Below, piece after piece: positions 39,001-47,306 of a DNA stretch of 64,000 bases. A program made the position numbers and the translations under genes. The stretch is from positions 64,001 to 128,000 of the forward strand of contig CAVRCJ010000008.1 in the NCBI GenBank assembly GCA_963719515.1, in the 5' to 3' direction. The notes under the pieces are model-generated. The model searched no databases and was not told the DNA's origin. It saw only the letters and a program-made list of their open reading frames with translations. Source of the DNA: an uncultured cyanobacterium (GTDB lineage Bacteria > Cyanobacteriota > Cyanobacteriia > CAKZMO01). How positions within the stretch are numbered: the stretch's first letter is position 1; every line of letters starts with the position of its first letter.

Positions 39001-39371
39001 TCATCAGCGAAAAGTACTTGAAATCGGAAAACTGCATGTTTGAGCTGCTAGAACTCTTGAAAAACGGAAGCTTCCTCGATAGGATTTTCCCCATTGTTCT
39101 CAGCGATGCCAAAATCTACAAAGCTCGTCCACGGCTTCAATACGTCAAGCATTGGGAAGCAGAGATTAAAGCATTAGACGAAGATCTAAAAACTGTCGAT
39201 GCCGCCAACCTTCAGGGGTTCCGAGAAGACATCGACCTCTACACCGAAATTCGAGGGGCGATCGCCGAACTCACCAACACCCTCAAAGACATGAACACCC
39301 TCACCGCCGAGATTCACCAAGATTCAGACTTTGAAGCATTGATCGAGGCAATAGAGAAACAGCTAGAGTAA
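36081..39371 (+). CDS. Roco-family LRR-Roc-COR-TIR protein
   Basis: 23-aa LRRs; Roc GTPase (EAKLLIVGEGGAGKT, WDFGGQEIYHQTHQFFLT); COR (YLHDLG, ILKPDW, YEFMPKG, IPCNCSQC); C-terminal TIR (IFISYAW, IISEKYLKSENCMFEL). Confidence 0.93.
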   Translation: MAMTRDELLALIDRAEREDWEELDLAGNGLEELPPEIGRLTGLKRLILGRWDEERFETLGNQLSSLPPEIGQLTTLQSLDLRGNQLSSLPPQIAQLTTLQSLNLFNNQLSSLPPEIGQLTTLQSLNLSGNQLSSLPPEIVQLTTLQSLDLSGNQLSSLPPQIVQLTTLQSLDLRFNQLSSLPPEIVQLTTLQSLDLRYNQLSSLPPEIVQLTTLQSLYLRFNQLSSLPPEIVQLTTLQSLYLGYNQLSSLPPEIVQLTTLQSLYLSSNQLSSLPPEIVQLTTLQSLDLSGNQLSSLPPEIVQLTTLQSLDLRGNQLSSLPPEIVQLTTLQSLDLSYNQLSSLPPEIGLLTSLEKLDLRGNPVPIPLEILGPKESYEDPGSSKEILDFYFQAQDPNQQEYLYEAKLLIVGEGGAGKTSLAKKVENEAYDLNPDEKTTEGIDVIRWDFPLPDERTFRVNVWDFGGQEIYHQTHQFFLTERSLYALVVDERRESANFYYWLEVVKLLSGNSPVLLIKNEKQDRQCQVNDRQLQRDFPSIQKILPANLKTNRGLANIKAAVQQHISKLDHVGNPLPKYWVRIRSALENYAQHCNHISLEKYFDLCQQFGFTDKTNMLRASKYLHDLGICLHFQKDDLLKKTVILKPDWATTAVYKVCDTDKVKENQGRFTRDDLKEIWQDSQYREMQGELLQLMKQFKLCYEIPGLNNTFIAPHLLPLDQPEYDWDAADNLIIRYEYEFMPKGMLTQFIVEMHRLIERQVLVWKTGVVVTDGQGPSRGDMKSYRPHKGEIKVTASGTNKKLLLERVRHELWKIHESYDDLPYKELIPCNCSQCKSDRKPESYPYDLLQKYLNDRRYSIECRRSYEDVDVRKLMADVVQSYAAAEDSYKVQRSEFDRFNSDRAHSGQTTPINHVETYSNKEIFISYAWGGDSEAMADKIEAVCQQRKIPLIRDKRDLGFKGLIKDFMRRIGRGKAVIVIISEKYLKSENCMFELLELLKNGSFLDRIFPIVLSDAKIYKARPRLQYVKHWEAEIKALDEDLKTVDAANLQGFREDIDLYTEIRGAIAELTNTLKDMNTLTAEIHQDSDFEALIEAIEKQLE
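36261..37157 (+). repeat. 69-nt coding tandem repeat array (12 near-identical LRR units plus one diverged unit)
   Basis: AACCAGCTGAGCAGCCTGCCGCCT recurs every 69 nt from 36261 to 37089. Confidence 0.97.
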
Positions 39372-39454
39372 ACCCCAGCCTCACCCAGCTTGCGATCGCC
39401 ACCACAGACGATCGCCACCACAAAGCCCATCCAAGCCAAAGAAAAAATTTGCCC

Positions 39455-39483
39455 TTGCCCCCAGCGCCCCAAGACGCTACACT
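39455..39483 (+). promoter_or_regulatory. putative sigma70-type promoter
   Basis: TTGCCC at 39455-39460, 17-nt spacer, TACACT at 39478-39483, immediately upstream of the structured leader. Confidence 0.5.
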
Positions 39484-39489
39484 CATCTG

Positions 39490-39713
39490 CTAGAAGCTGT
39501 GACCCAATGCAGCTTGACGACAACCCCAAAAATTTGGTCAAACGGCCACGATCGTCGATGTCAGCGGCGATCGCGGCCTGACCCTTGGACAGACATAGGC
39601 TGTCTTCGAGCTGCAACCATTGTATTTCAATGGTTGCAGCCATCCCAGACGCCCAAAACCAGGGATCGACCTGATTTTTGGGTTTTCTTACCTACTTAAA
39701 CGGAGAAAACCCA
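39490..39713 (+). ncRNA. structured leader / cis-antisense RNA switch candidate
   Basis: Stems 39508-39525/39598-39615 and 39536-39557/39565-39583; perfect 13-bp inverted repeat 39610-39622/39628-39640; RBS-sequestering stem 39679-39688/39704-39713. Confidence 0.6.
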
Positions 39714-40087
39714 TGACATTTTTATACCCCGAGCGGCCTCAACCCGAGGCCGCACCCGACGCGCTGGCCGCAGAATCAGCGCCCGCTCTGTACGGGCAGG
39801 TTTCGCGAGAACACCCACAGTCGCCGCCGAAACCGCTCGACCAAACCTACCCCAACACCATCCCCGACCCTGGCCCCAGCGGCGAAGTGGTCCACCACAT
39901 CATCATCGGCTCCCCCGAAGCCGTCCGCGAGACCATCCACCGGCTGCACCTGAAGCGCTATGTCGAGCAGGCCATGTGGACCGGCCCCATCGAGATTGGC
40001 CCCGACGGCATCAACATCACCCAAAGCCAGGGACAGATCCTGTTCTACTTGATGCGGCTGCGTTCGCTCGACGTACCCGCCGGGTAA
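39713..40087 (+). CDS. small hypothetical protein (H-I-I-I-G-S-P-E-A-V-R-x-T-I-H-x-L-H motif)
   Basis: GGAG RBS at 39702, ATG 39713, host-like codon usage, Pro-rich N-half and compact C-terminal domain. Confidence 0.75.
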   Translation: MTFLYPERPQPEAAPDALAAESAPALYGQVSREHPQSPPKPLDQTYPNTIPDPGPSGEVVHHIIIGSPEAVRETIHRLHLKRYVEQAMWTGPIEIGPDGINITQSQGQILFYLMRLRSLDVPAG

Positions 40088-40107
40088 CCGCTCGACATGG
40101 GCTAATT

Positions 40108-40153
40108 CCTTCTAAATCCCCCTTGGCCCTCGGCGTGAGGGGGATTTAGAAGG
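40108..40153. repeat. 16-bp perfect inverted repeat (cyanobacterial short dispersed palindrome-like; probable terminator)
   Basis: CCTTCTAAATCCCCCT at 40108-40123 and AGGGGGATTTAGAAGG at 40138-40153, between convergent genes. Confidence 0.8.
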
Positions 40154-40270
40154 GACTGATCGTAACCCTAGGCGACAAAGGGGCCTTCACGGTGCGATCG
40201 CTTTTCACTGCCGCAGTATGCGGTGCGTCTGCCCGACGGCAACACCCCCCTACCTGGCTTTCGCATCGCC

Positions 40271-40624
40271 TCAGCGCCCTCCGTCTAGCTCAATCCCCTT
40301 TTGCTGCAAACACTCGCGATAGGCAATCTCAGCCTCACTCAGCTTGCGATCGCTGTAGGTGCCTTTGAAGTTCAGCAGCACCCGCTCCAAAAAGTCATTC
40401 CCCGACTCCTTCAGCGCTCGGGAAAAATTGGACTCGCTCAGCTGCTTAGGCAGACAGGCGGCCATTGCCGTCAGGTCGGTGCCATCGGCAGCCACGAAGC
40501 GCTTTGAAGCCGGGGCATCATCGGCGTAGGCGGGCTGAACTAGGCAGCTGACAGCAGCCACCATCAAAAGCGTGACGACAAGCCGCCGGGTCAGCGCACG
40601 AAGCGCTTTCAGCATTTTGGACAT
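40271..40624 (-). CDS. hypothetical exported protein
   Basis: Basic N-region, hydrophobic core and PAYA cleavage-like site; two Cys in the mature part. Confidence 0.65.
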   Translation of the reverse strand: MSKMLKALRALTRRLVVTLLMVAAVSCLVQPAYADDAPASKRFVAADGTDLTAMAACLPKQLSESNFSRALKESGNDFLERVLLNFKGTYSDRKLSEAEIAYRECLQQKGIELDGGR

Positions 40625-40811
40625 GGAAATACCGGGTAAAAACTACGCAGACGGGCCTATTCTAGTTCAAACCGCACTGCGTCGGCCCTATCGCTGAAGG
40701 CCAATGCTGGCGGCAAAAGCACGACGTCACCCAAGCGACAAGGCCCGATTGCACCCAGAGAAACCGCGCCAAAAGAGATAATGTATCGATTGACGGCTAG
40801 ACGATAGAACC

Positions 40812-42668
40812 ATGGCTGCAGCGCCTCCCAACTCCGACCCCGACCTCTCCCCCACCAAACGCGCCCTGATCGCCCTCAAGCAGCTCCAGGCCAAGCTCGA
40901 CACCCTCGAAGCCGCCCAGCACGAGCCGATCGCCATCGTGGGCATGAGCTGCCGCTTTCCGGGCGGCGTCGAAACCCCAGACGCCTTTTGGACCCTGCTA
41001 GAGCAGCAAACCGACGCCATCACCGAAGTTCCAGGCGATCGCTGGCCCATCGAAGACTACTACAGCCCCGACCGCGACGCCCCCGGCAAAATGGTCTCCC
41101 GCCACGGCGGCTTCGTGCCCCACCTCTACGACTTCGACGCCCCCTTCTTCCGCATCGCCCCCCGAGAAGCGATCGCCCTCGACCCGCAGCAGCGGCTGTG
41201 GCTAGAGCTGGGGTGGGAAGCGCTAGAGCATGCGGGCATTGCCCCCGACAGCGTAGCGGGCCAGCCCGTCGGCGTATTCCTCGGCATCAGCAGCGTAGAC
41301 TACTGGCAGCGACTGTTGGCCCAGCACCCCGAGGCCATCAACGCCTACCTGGCCACAGGAAACACCCACAGCGTCGCCGCCGGACGGCTGTCTTTTCTCC
41401 TTGACGTCACTGGCCCTAGCCTCGCGGTAGATACCGCCTGCGCCTCATCCCTAGTCGCTGTACATCTGGCCTGCCAAAGCCTGCGTCAGCAAGAGTGCAC
41501 CCTGGCGATCGCAGGCGGCGTCAACCGCATCATTACCCCAGAGGCCAGCATCAACTTTTCTAAGGCACGGATGCTCTCGGCGGACGGGCGCTGCCGCACC
41601 TTTGACCAAACCGCCAGCGGATTTGGCCGGGCAGAGGGGGGCGGTGCGGTGGTGCTCAAGCGGCTCAGCGATGCCGAGGCGGCGGGCGATCGCATTGAGG
41701 CGGTGATTCTCGGCTCGGCGGTAAACCACGACGGGCGCACCAGTGGACTGACGGTCCCCAATGGGCCCGCTCAGCAGGCGGTAATTCGTCAAGCGCTGCA
41801 GGCCAGCCGCATCGAGCCGGATGCGGTGGGCTACATAGAGACCCACGGGACGGGGACGGCCCTAGGCGACCCGATTGAAGTGGGGGCACTGGGAGCGGTT
41901 TTTGGAGCGCGATCGCCCGAGCACCCGCTTATTCTCGGGGCCGTCAAGACCAACGTCGGCCATCTAGAATCTGCTGCGGGCATGGCGGGCCTCATCAAAG
42001 CGGTGCTAACCACCCAGCAAGACAGAATCCCCGCCAACCTACACCTGTCCGCCCCCAACGCCCATGTCGACTGGGCTACGTTCCCCTTCAAACTGCCCGC
42101 AGCCCCCACTCCTTGGCCATCGGGCCGCACCGCTGGGGTCAGCGCCTTTGGCTTTAGCGGCACCAACGCCCACATTGTTCTCACGTCGCCCGATCTGGCA
42201 GAGGGTCCAGCCGCCGCGCCGCCCAATCCATCGCCGCCCAACCTGTTGCCGCCCGACCTATCGCCGCCCAAACTCCTGCCGCTCTCCGCCCGCACCCCCG
42301 CAGCTCTTAAACAGCTCGTGGCAAGGTACGCCCAGCATCTGACAGCCCACCCCGAGCTAAACCTGGCCGATCTCTGCTTCACCGCCAGCGTAGGGCGATC
42401 GCACTTCCCCTGCCGTTTGGCGATCGTGACCTCGACGCAGGCCGAACTCCGCCGCGCCCTCATCGACGTCCTAGCGGAGCGGCCCAACGCGACCTGCTGG
42501 ACCTCCGACAGCGCTTCCCCAGAACCCGGCTCAGATCTAGAGCGGCTGGCACAGAGCTATACCCAAGGGGAGGCGATCGTCTGGGGAGAGAGATACGGTG
42601 CGGCGCACCGGAAGGTTGTCCTCCCCACTTACCCCTTTCAGCGGCAGCGGCACGAAGTAACGGGATAA
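40812..42668 (+). CDS. type I PKS-like stand-alone ketosynthase (docking domain + KS, no AT or ACP)
   Basis: [18 protein letters not shown] docking helix, [42 protein letters not shown]; then LLPLSAR...GRSHF leads straight to [10 protein letters not shown]. Confidence 0.93.
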   Translation: MAAAPPNSDPDLSPTKRALIALKQLQAKLDTLEAAQHEPIAIVGMSCRFPGGVETPDAFWTLLEQQTDAITEVPGDRWPIEDYYSPDRDAPGKMVSRHGGFVPHLYDFDAPFFRIAPREAIALDPQQRLWLELGWEALEHAGIAPDSVAGQPVGVFLGISSVDYWQRLLAQHPEAINAYLATGNTHSVAAGRLSFLLDVTGPSLAVDTACASSLVAVHLACQSLRQQECTLAIAGGVNRIITPEASINFSKARMLSADGRCRTFDQTASGFGRAEGGGAVVLKRLSDAEAAGDRIEAVILGSAVNHDGRTSGLTVPNGPAQQAVIRQALQASRIEPDAVGYIETHGTGTALGDPIEVGALGAVFGARSPEHPLILGAVKTNVGHLESAAGMAGLIKAVLTTQQDRIPANLHLSAPNAHVDWATFPFKLPAAPTPWPSGRTAGVSAFGFSGTNAHIVLTSPDLAEGPAAAPPNPSPPNLLPPDLSPPKLLPLSARTPAALKQLVARYAQHLTAHPELNLADLCFTASVGRSHFPCRLAIVTSTQAELRRALIDVLAERPNATCWTSDSASPEPGSDLERLAQSYTQGEAIVWGERYGAAHRKVVLPTYPFQRQRHEVTG

Positions 42669-42702
42669 AATTGGACGTGAATTCAAACGGACCTCAACCG
42701 CC

Positions 42703-43566
42703 TTGAACCAAAAGCCATCAGGTCAAAACTCAGAGCATGATACGAGGGCTGTACAGACCCGCCCCCACGCCATCATCACCGGTGGCTCCAGCGGCATTGG
42801 CCGCGCGATCGCCCTACGCCTAGCCCGCCAGGGCGCAAATATCTCCATCCTCGCTCGCCGCCCCGACCAGCTAGACACAGCCCAAAAGGACATCCAGCAG
42901 GCGGGCAGCGCGGCGCAGCAGGTGCTGGCGCTGTCCGCAGACGTCAGCGATCGCCCCCAGGCGGAAAAGGCCATCCAGCAGGCGATCGCCCAGCTCGGCC
43001 CACCCCAATGGCTGATCACCTGCGCCGGTATCGCCCGCCCCGGCCACTTCCAGGAGATTCCCATTGAAGTATTTGAGCAGACGATGGCCATCAACTACTT
43101 CGGCACTCTGTACTGCATCCGCGCCGCGCTGCCCGCCATGGCGCAGGGACATATTGCCCTAGTGTCGTCAGGGGCCGGGCTAGTGGGTCTGTATGGCTAC
43201 AGCGCCTACTGCCCCAGCAAATTTGCCCTCCGGGGTCTGGCCGAAGGGCTGCGGGCGGAGCTAAAGCCCATGGGCATCAAGGTGGCGATCGCCTATCCCC
43301 CGGATACCGACACGCCCCAGCTGGCCGAAGAAAACAAGACCAAACCCCCCGCCACCAAGGCCATCACCGCCACAGCAGACGTCTGGTCCGCCGACGGGGT
43401 AGCCCGCGTCATTTTAGAAGGCATGGATCGCGGTAGATTCGCCATCACTCCGGGCGTCGAGATGGGCGTGCTCAACCAGCTGCACAGCCTCATTGCCCCG
43501 CTGCTCAACCGCTACTTCGATCGCATCGTCGCCCGCCACCCCGGCCCAACTAAGGTCAGCGGGTAG
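42703..43566 (+). CDS. SDR oxidoreductase, 3-ketodihydrosphingosine reductase (KDSR/Tsc10)-like
   Basis: HAIITGGSSGIG, INYFGT, VSSGAGLVGLYGYSAYCPSKFALRGLAE, AYPPDTDTPQLAEENKTKP (the PPDTDTP...EN..KP motif typical of KDSR-like SDRs). Confidence 0.85.
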   Translation: MNQKPSGQNSEHDTRAVQTRPHAIITGGSSGIGRAIALRLARQGANISILARRPDQLDTAQKDIQQAGSAAQQVLALSADVSDRPQAEKAIQQAIAQLGPPQWLITCAGIARPGHFQEIPIEVFEQTMAINYFGTLYCIRAALPAMAQGHIALVSSGAGLVGLYGYSAYCPSKFALRGLAEGLRAELKPMGIKVAIAYPPDTDTPQLAEENKTKPPATKAITATADVWSADGVARVILEGMDRGRFAITPGVEMGVLNQLHSLIAPLLNRYFDRIVARHPGPTKVSG

Positions 43567-43570
43567 GGAC

Positions 43571-45295
43571 GTGGCGCTGCCCCCCGACAAAATATCTACC
43601 CCGCCCCGCCCGGCACGCCATTGGCCTTATCTAGCGCTTAGCCTAGCGGCCCCGCTGTACTACGGCGCGGTCACCCTGCATCACGTATTCAGCCACGAGT
43701 TCATCGTCCAAGACGACATGCGGCAGCACGTGGTGTGGTTTCAGCAGTTCCTCGACCCGGCGCTGTTTAACGGAGACGCGATCGCCCAATATTTTCGCAG
43801 CGTTGCGCCGCCCGGCGTCACTGCGGTCTACTGGCTGGGGGTGCAGATGGGCATTGAACCGCTGCTGCTGGCCAAGCTGCTGCCCTTGCCCCTGGCGCTA
43901 ATCGCCACCGTTTTCTTGTTTTACACCACCCTGGCGATCGCCCCTCTGCCCCGCGCCGCCTGGATAGCCACACTCATCTTTAATCAGCACCTGTGGCTCA
44001 ACGACGACCTAGTGTCCGCCACGCCGCGGGCGTTCGTCTATCCTCTATTCGCGGCCTTTCTCTACTACGCCGTGCGGCCAGCCCTAATCCCCATGCTGGT
44101 GTCGTTGGCCCTGCTAGGGCTGTGCTTCCCGCAGATGATGCTGGTGGCAGTCGCGACCCTGGTGGTGGGGCTGGTGGGGCGAGGCCCTTCAACCCGATGG
44201 CGCAATTGGATGTGCCTGACGCGGGACCGCCGCCGCTGGCTCGCGGCCATTCTAGGGCTGGGGGTGGCGATCGCCGTCGCCTTGCCCTTTGCCGCTGGCC
44301 TATCCGACTACGGGGAGGCTGTGACGGCGGCGCAGATGCGATCGCTGCCGGAGTACAGGGCTGGGGGCCGCAACGAATACTTCGGGATGTCCCCAGCTAG
44401 TTTCCTGCTGCACGGCTCAAGCGGCGTGCGCATTCCCGTCTTTCCCTCGATTATCTGGGCGGGATTTGCGCTGCCCTTTGTCCTCCGGCGTAAGTCTTCT
44501 TCGACCCCTTTTGTCACATCCCAGAAAATCCTGCAGGATTTAATGGTAGGGTCTTTCGGCCTTTATCTTTTGGCCCACTTGCTGCTGCTGCGTCTGCATT
44601 TTCCGAGCCGCTACCTCTACCACAGCTGGCGGTTTGTGCTGCCCATTGCGGCGGGGATTGTGCTGGCGGCGCTGATGGCGCGGGGAAGGTCCCCTAAGCC
44701 CCCCCCACAGGCCATCAAGGCTAGCGCCTTCGCTAGCGCGGCCAAACCCCTCTATGCCCTAGCCGCCGTATTGCTCATCGGCGTGCCTATGCTGCCCCCG
44801 CTCATGCTGGCATTTCAGGGCTGGGTCGTAGGCGAAATCCCAGCCGTCTATCGCTATCTCGAAACCCAACCCACCAATATTCAAGTCGCGTCCCTAGCCC
44901 CGGAAGGCAATAACCTCCCCGCCTTCGCCCACCGCAGCGCCTGGGTCGGACGAGAGTTCGCCCTGCCCCACCACCCGCAGTACTACGCCATTGTCCGGCA
45001 GCGCACCGCTGATCTGCTTCGGGCCCTCTACAGCCCCGAGCCCTCAGACCTGCTGCAGTGGCTTGACCAAACAGGGGTTAACTTTCTCCTAGTTGAAGGC
45101 GCGACCTTTGAGCCGGGCTACCTACGCCAAGACTGGCTTGCCAATAGCAGTCTACGGCCCCAGGTCAAAGACATCATGGCGCAGCGGGGCAGCCAGCCGG
45201 CAATTCTCAGTGCCCTGTCCGCCTGCAGCGTCATCACCACAGCGCGATATGACCTAGTCGACACCGCCTGCCTCCGGACCCAGCTAGCGCGGTAG
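43571..45295 (+). CDS. polytopic membrane protein, possibly GT-C-like
   Basis: About ten hydrophobic segments, acidic QDD motif in the first loop after TM1, FPSRY motif and a soluble C-terminal domain; GTG 5 nt after the SDR stop. Confidence 0.7.
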   Translation: MALPPDKISTPPRPARHWPYLALSLAAPLYYGAVTLHHVFSHEFIVQDDMRQHVVWFQQFLDPALFNGDAIAQYFRSVAPPGVTAVYWLGVQMGIEPLLLAKLLPLPLALIATVFLFYTTLAIAPLPRAAWIATLIFNQHLWLNDDLVSATPRAFVYPLFAAFLYYAVRPALIPMLVSLALLGLCFPQMMLVAVATLVVGLVGRGPSTRWRNWMCLTRDRRRWLAAILGLGVAIAVALPFAAGLSDYGEAVTAAQMRSLPEYRAGGRNEYFGMSPASFLLHGSSGVRIPVFPSIIWAGFALPFVLRRKSSSTPFVTSQKILQDLMVGSFGLYLLAHLLLLRLHFPSRYLYHSWRFVLPIAAGIVLAALMARGRSPKPPPQAIKASAFASAAKPLYALAAVLLIGVPMLPPLMLAFQGWVVGEIPAVYRYLETQPTNIQVASLAPEGNNLPAFAHRSAWVGREFALPHHPQYYAIVRQRTADLLRALYSPEPSDLLQWLDQTGVNFLLVEGATFEPGYLRQDWLANSSLRPQVKDIMAQRGSQPAILSALSACSVITTARYDLVDTACLRTQLAR

Positions 45296-46141
45296 GTTGA
45301 GGCCCACGTAGCCCATGACGCTGTCCCGCCCCGGATTGCTGTCGAAGGTGTTGGCATTAGAGATGTGGTGCCAGCGTAGCCCCACCATCAGCCGCTCCTC
45401 ATCGCTGAGGCGAATGGTCGCGCCACCGCCCGCTTGGGGGGTGAAGTTGAAGCTCGACCCGCCGCTGGGCACGTTGTCGGTGGTGCCCAATATCCCAGCG
45501 CCGCCGTCAACGTACAGGGACCAGTTTTCCTGGCGCACAAAGTGGTAGCGCAGCAGCAGGTTCAAGTTCGCGCCCACCGCGTCATCTCCGTCCTGGCTAA
45601 AGGCCATGCCGTTTAGCTCAGCGTTGATGCTGTGACCCTTGGCAAAAAAGTGAGACGCCCCGACCCCAACCAGCGCGAACTCATTGTCGAAGGTGGTGGC
45701 GGCTCCGCTCTGGATATACCAACGGTCAGAGCCTCTGGCCCCGAACGCCTCAGGGCGATTTTCGCGGGTCTCAGCGCTATTGGGGGTACCGTTGGGAGCG
45801 CTATCAGAGGCGCTGTTTGGGGGCGCTGCCGTCTGCGCCACTAGGTCTAGCGCTTCGGTCAGATCAATGGCCTCGGGGGGCGCTATGGTCACCACTTCCT
45901 GGCTTGCCGGGGAGGCGATCGCGGTCGGCGTAGCGGCAGCTGCCTCAGAGATTCCTAATCCGGCCTCGGGTGGCCCTCCTGCCCAGGCAGCGTCAGCCCC
46001 AGGCGCGACCGTAGCCGCCGTCAAGCAGGCTGCGGTGTAGGCCCACCGCTTGGCAGTTCGGGAGGCCGAGAGCCTTTGAACAGTTGAGGACAGCGATGCT
46101 GTATTGTGACCGCTGGGGCGAGGAAGTCCTGAATAAGTCAT
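45284..46141 (-). CDS. PagL-like outer-membrane acyloxyacyl hydrolase (lipid A 3-O-deacylase family)
   Basis: Signal-like N-terminus and low-complexity linker, then beta-strand pattern LLRYHF, YVDGGAG, FNFTPQAGGG, RWHHISNA, NPGRD. Confidence 0.82.
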   Translation of the reverse strand: MTYSGLPRPSGHNTASLSSTVQRLSASRTAKRWAYTAACLTAATVAPGADAAWAGGPPEAGLGISEAAAATPTAIASPASQEVVTIAPPEAIDLTEALDLVAQTAAPPNSASDSAPNGTPNSAETRENRPEAFGARGSDRWYIQSGAATTFDNEFALVGVGASHFFAKGHSINAELNGMAFSQDGDDAVGANLNLLLRYHFVRQENWSLYVDGGAGILGTTDNVPSGGSSFNFTPQAGGGATIRLSDEERLMVGLRWHHISNANTFDSNPGRDSVMGYVGLNLPR

Positions 46142-46247
46142 GTGGTGTGTCGAGCAGTAGTTAAACGGCGCTGAGGGCGTGACGGCAACAAAGCAGCCTA
46201 TATGTTCTCATTTCCAGCGGTTGACTTCCCTCATCCGGCTAACCACT

Positions 46248-47306
46248 TCATAGGGCTGCAGTGAAGTGGTCCACCAGCTCCGCTGTAGTGACGAGCTTCG
46301 TTCGAGGCTGCCCCTCCTGATACAGATCAGCGGTGCGATCGCCCTCAGCTAAAAGCCGCTCCTGAATTGCCATCAGCCGCCGCGCGGCCTGCTTTTCTCC
46401 CCACTGCTCCAGCATCAGCGCCACGGCGGCCAGCGTCCCCAGCGGGTTGGCGATGCCCTTGCCCGCAATATCAGGGGCGGTGCCGTGGACCGGCTCGTAA
46501 AGCCCGAAGCCCTCGGCGTTGAGGCTGGCCGACCCCAGCAGCCCGATAGAGCCAGCGATCGCGCCTCCAAGGTCACTCAAGATATCGCCAAATAGGTTTC
46601 CCGCCAAGATCACGTCGAAGGTCTGGGGGCGCATAACGAGCTGCATCGCCAGGTTGTCCACCAGCATTGGCAGTACGGTCACCTCAGGAAAGCCCTGGGC
46701 CTCTTCTCGAACCAGCCGCGTCCAGGGGATGTGGGGCAGAGCGTTTTCCTTATGGGCGACGGTGAGGTGCTGACGGCGCGACTGGGCATGGCGCAGGGCC
46801 ACCCTGGCGATGCGGCGAATTTCGGCGTCGGCGTAGCGCATGGTGTGGAAGCCATAGCCCCCCTCACCGCTTTTATCGCCTCGCCCCGAGGGGCCAAAGT
46901 AAAGGCCACTCACCAGCTCTCGCACAAACAGCAGGTCTACGCCTTTGAGTAAATTCGGCTTTAGGGGAGAAGTCTGCAGCAGGCTGGGAGACGGGCGCAC
47001 CGGACGCAGGTTAGTAAAGAGGTCAAAATGCCGCCGCAGCGCCAGCAGACCGCCCTGGGTCACTGCCCCAAACAGGATGCCGTCTGCCCCCTCGCACAGA
47101 TGCAGGGTTTCCTGAGGGAGGGCGACCCCGAACCGCTGCCGCGCCGGTTCGCCAATCCAGCCCCGCTCGACGGTGACCGTAAAGCCCTCGGCAGAGGCGA
47201 TCGCCGCCAGCACGGTCAGGCTCCCCTCGACCACCTCCGGGCCGATGCCCTCCCCAGGCAGCGCCGCCAGCCGGTAGCGTCGCGGAGACCGCTCAGGGAC
47301 GCTCAC
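46248..47306 (-). CDS. isocitrate/isopropylmalate dehydrogenase family enzyme (LeuB paralog)
   Basis: LPGEGIGPEV, NLRP, VREL..GLYFG, VDNLAMQL, NLFGDILSD, EPVHGTAPDIAGKGIANP; GTGA overlap with the PKS stop. Confidence 0.9.
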   Translation of the reverse strand: MSVPERSPRRYRLAALPGEGIGPEVVEGSLTVLAAIASAEGFTVTVERGWIGEPARQRFGVALPQETLHLCEGADGILFGAVTQGGLLALRRHFDLFTNLRPVRPSPSLLQTSPLKPNLLKGVDLLFVRELVSGLYFGPSGRGDKSGEGGYGFHTMRYADAEIRRIARVALRHAQSRRQHLTVAHKENALPHIPWTRLVREEAQGFPEVTVLPMLVDNLAMQLVMRPQTFDVILAGNLFGDILSDLGGAIAGSIGLLGSASLNAEGFGLYEPVHGTAPDIAGKGIANPLGTLAAVALMLEQWGEKQAARRLMAIQERLLAEGDRTADLYQEGQPRTKLVTTAELVDHFTAAL

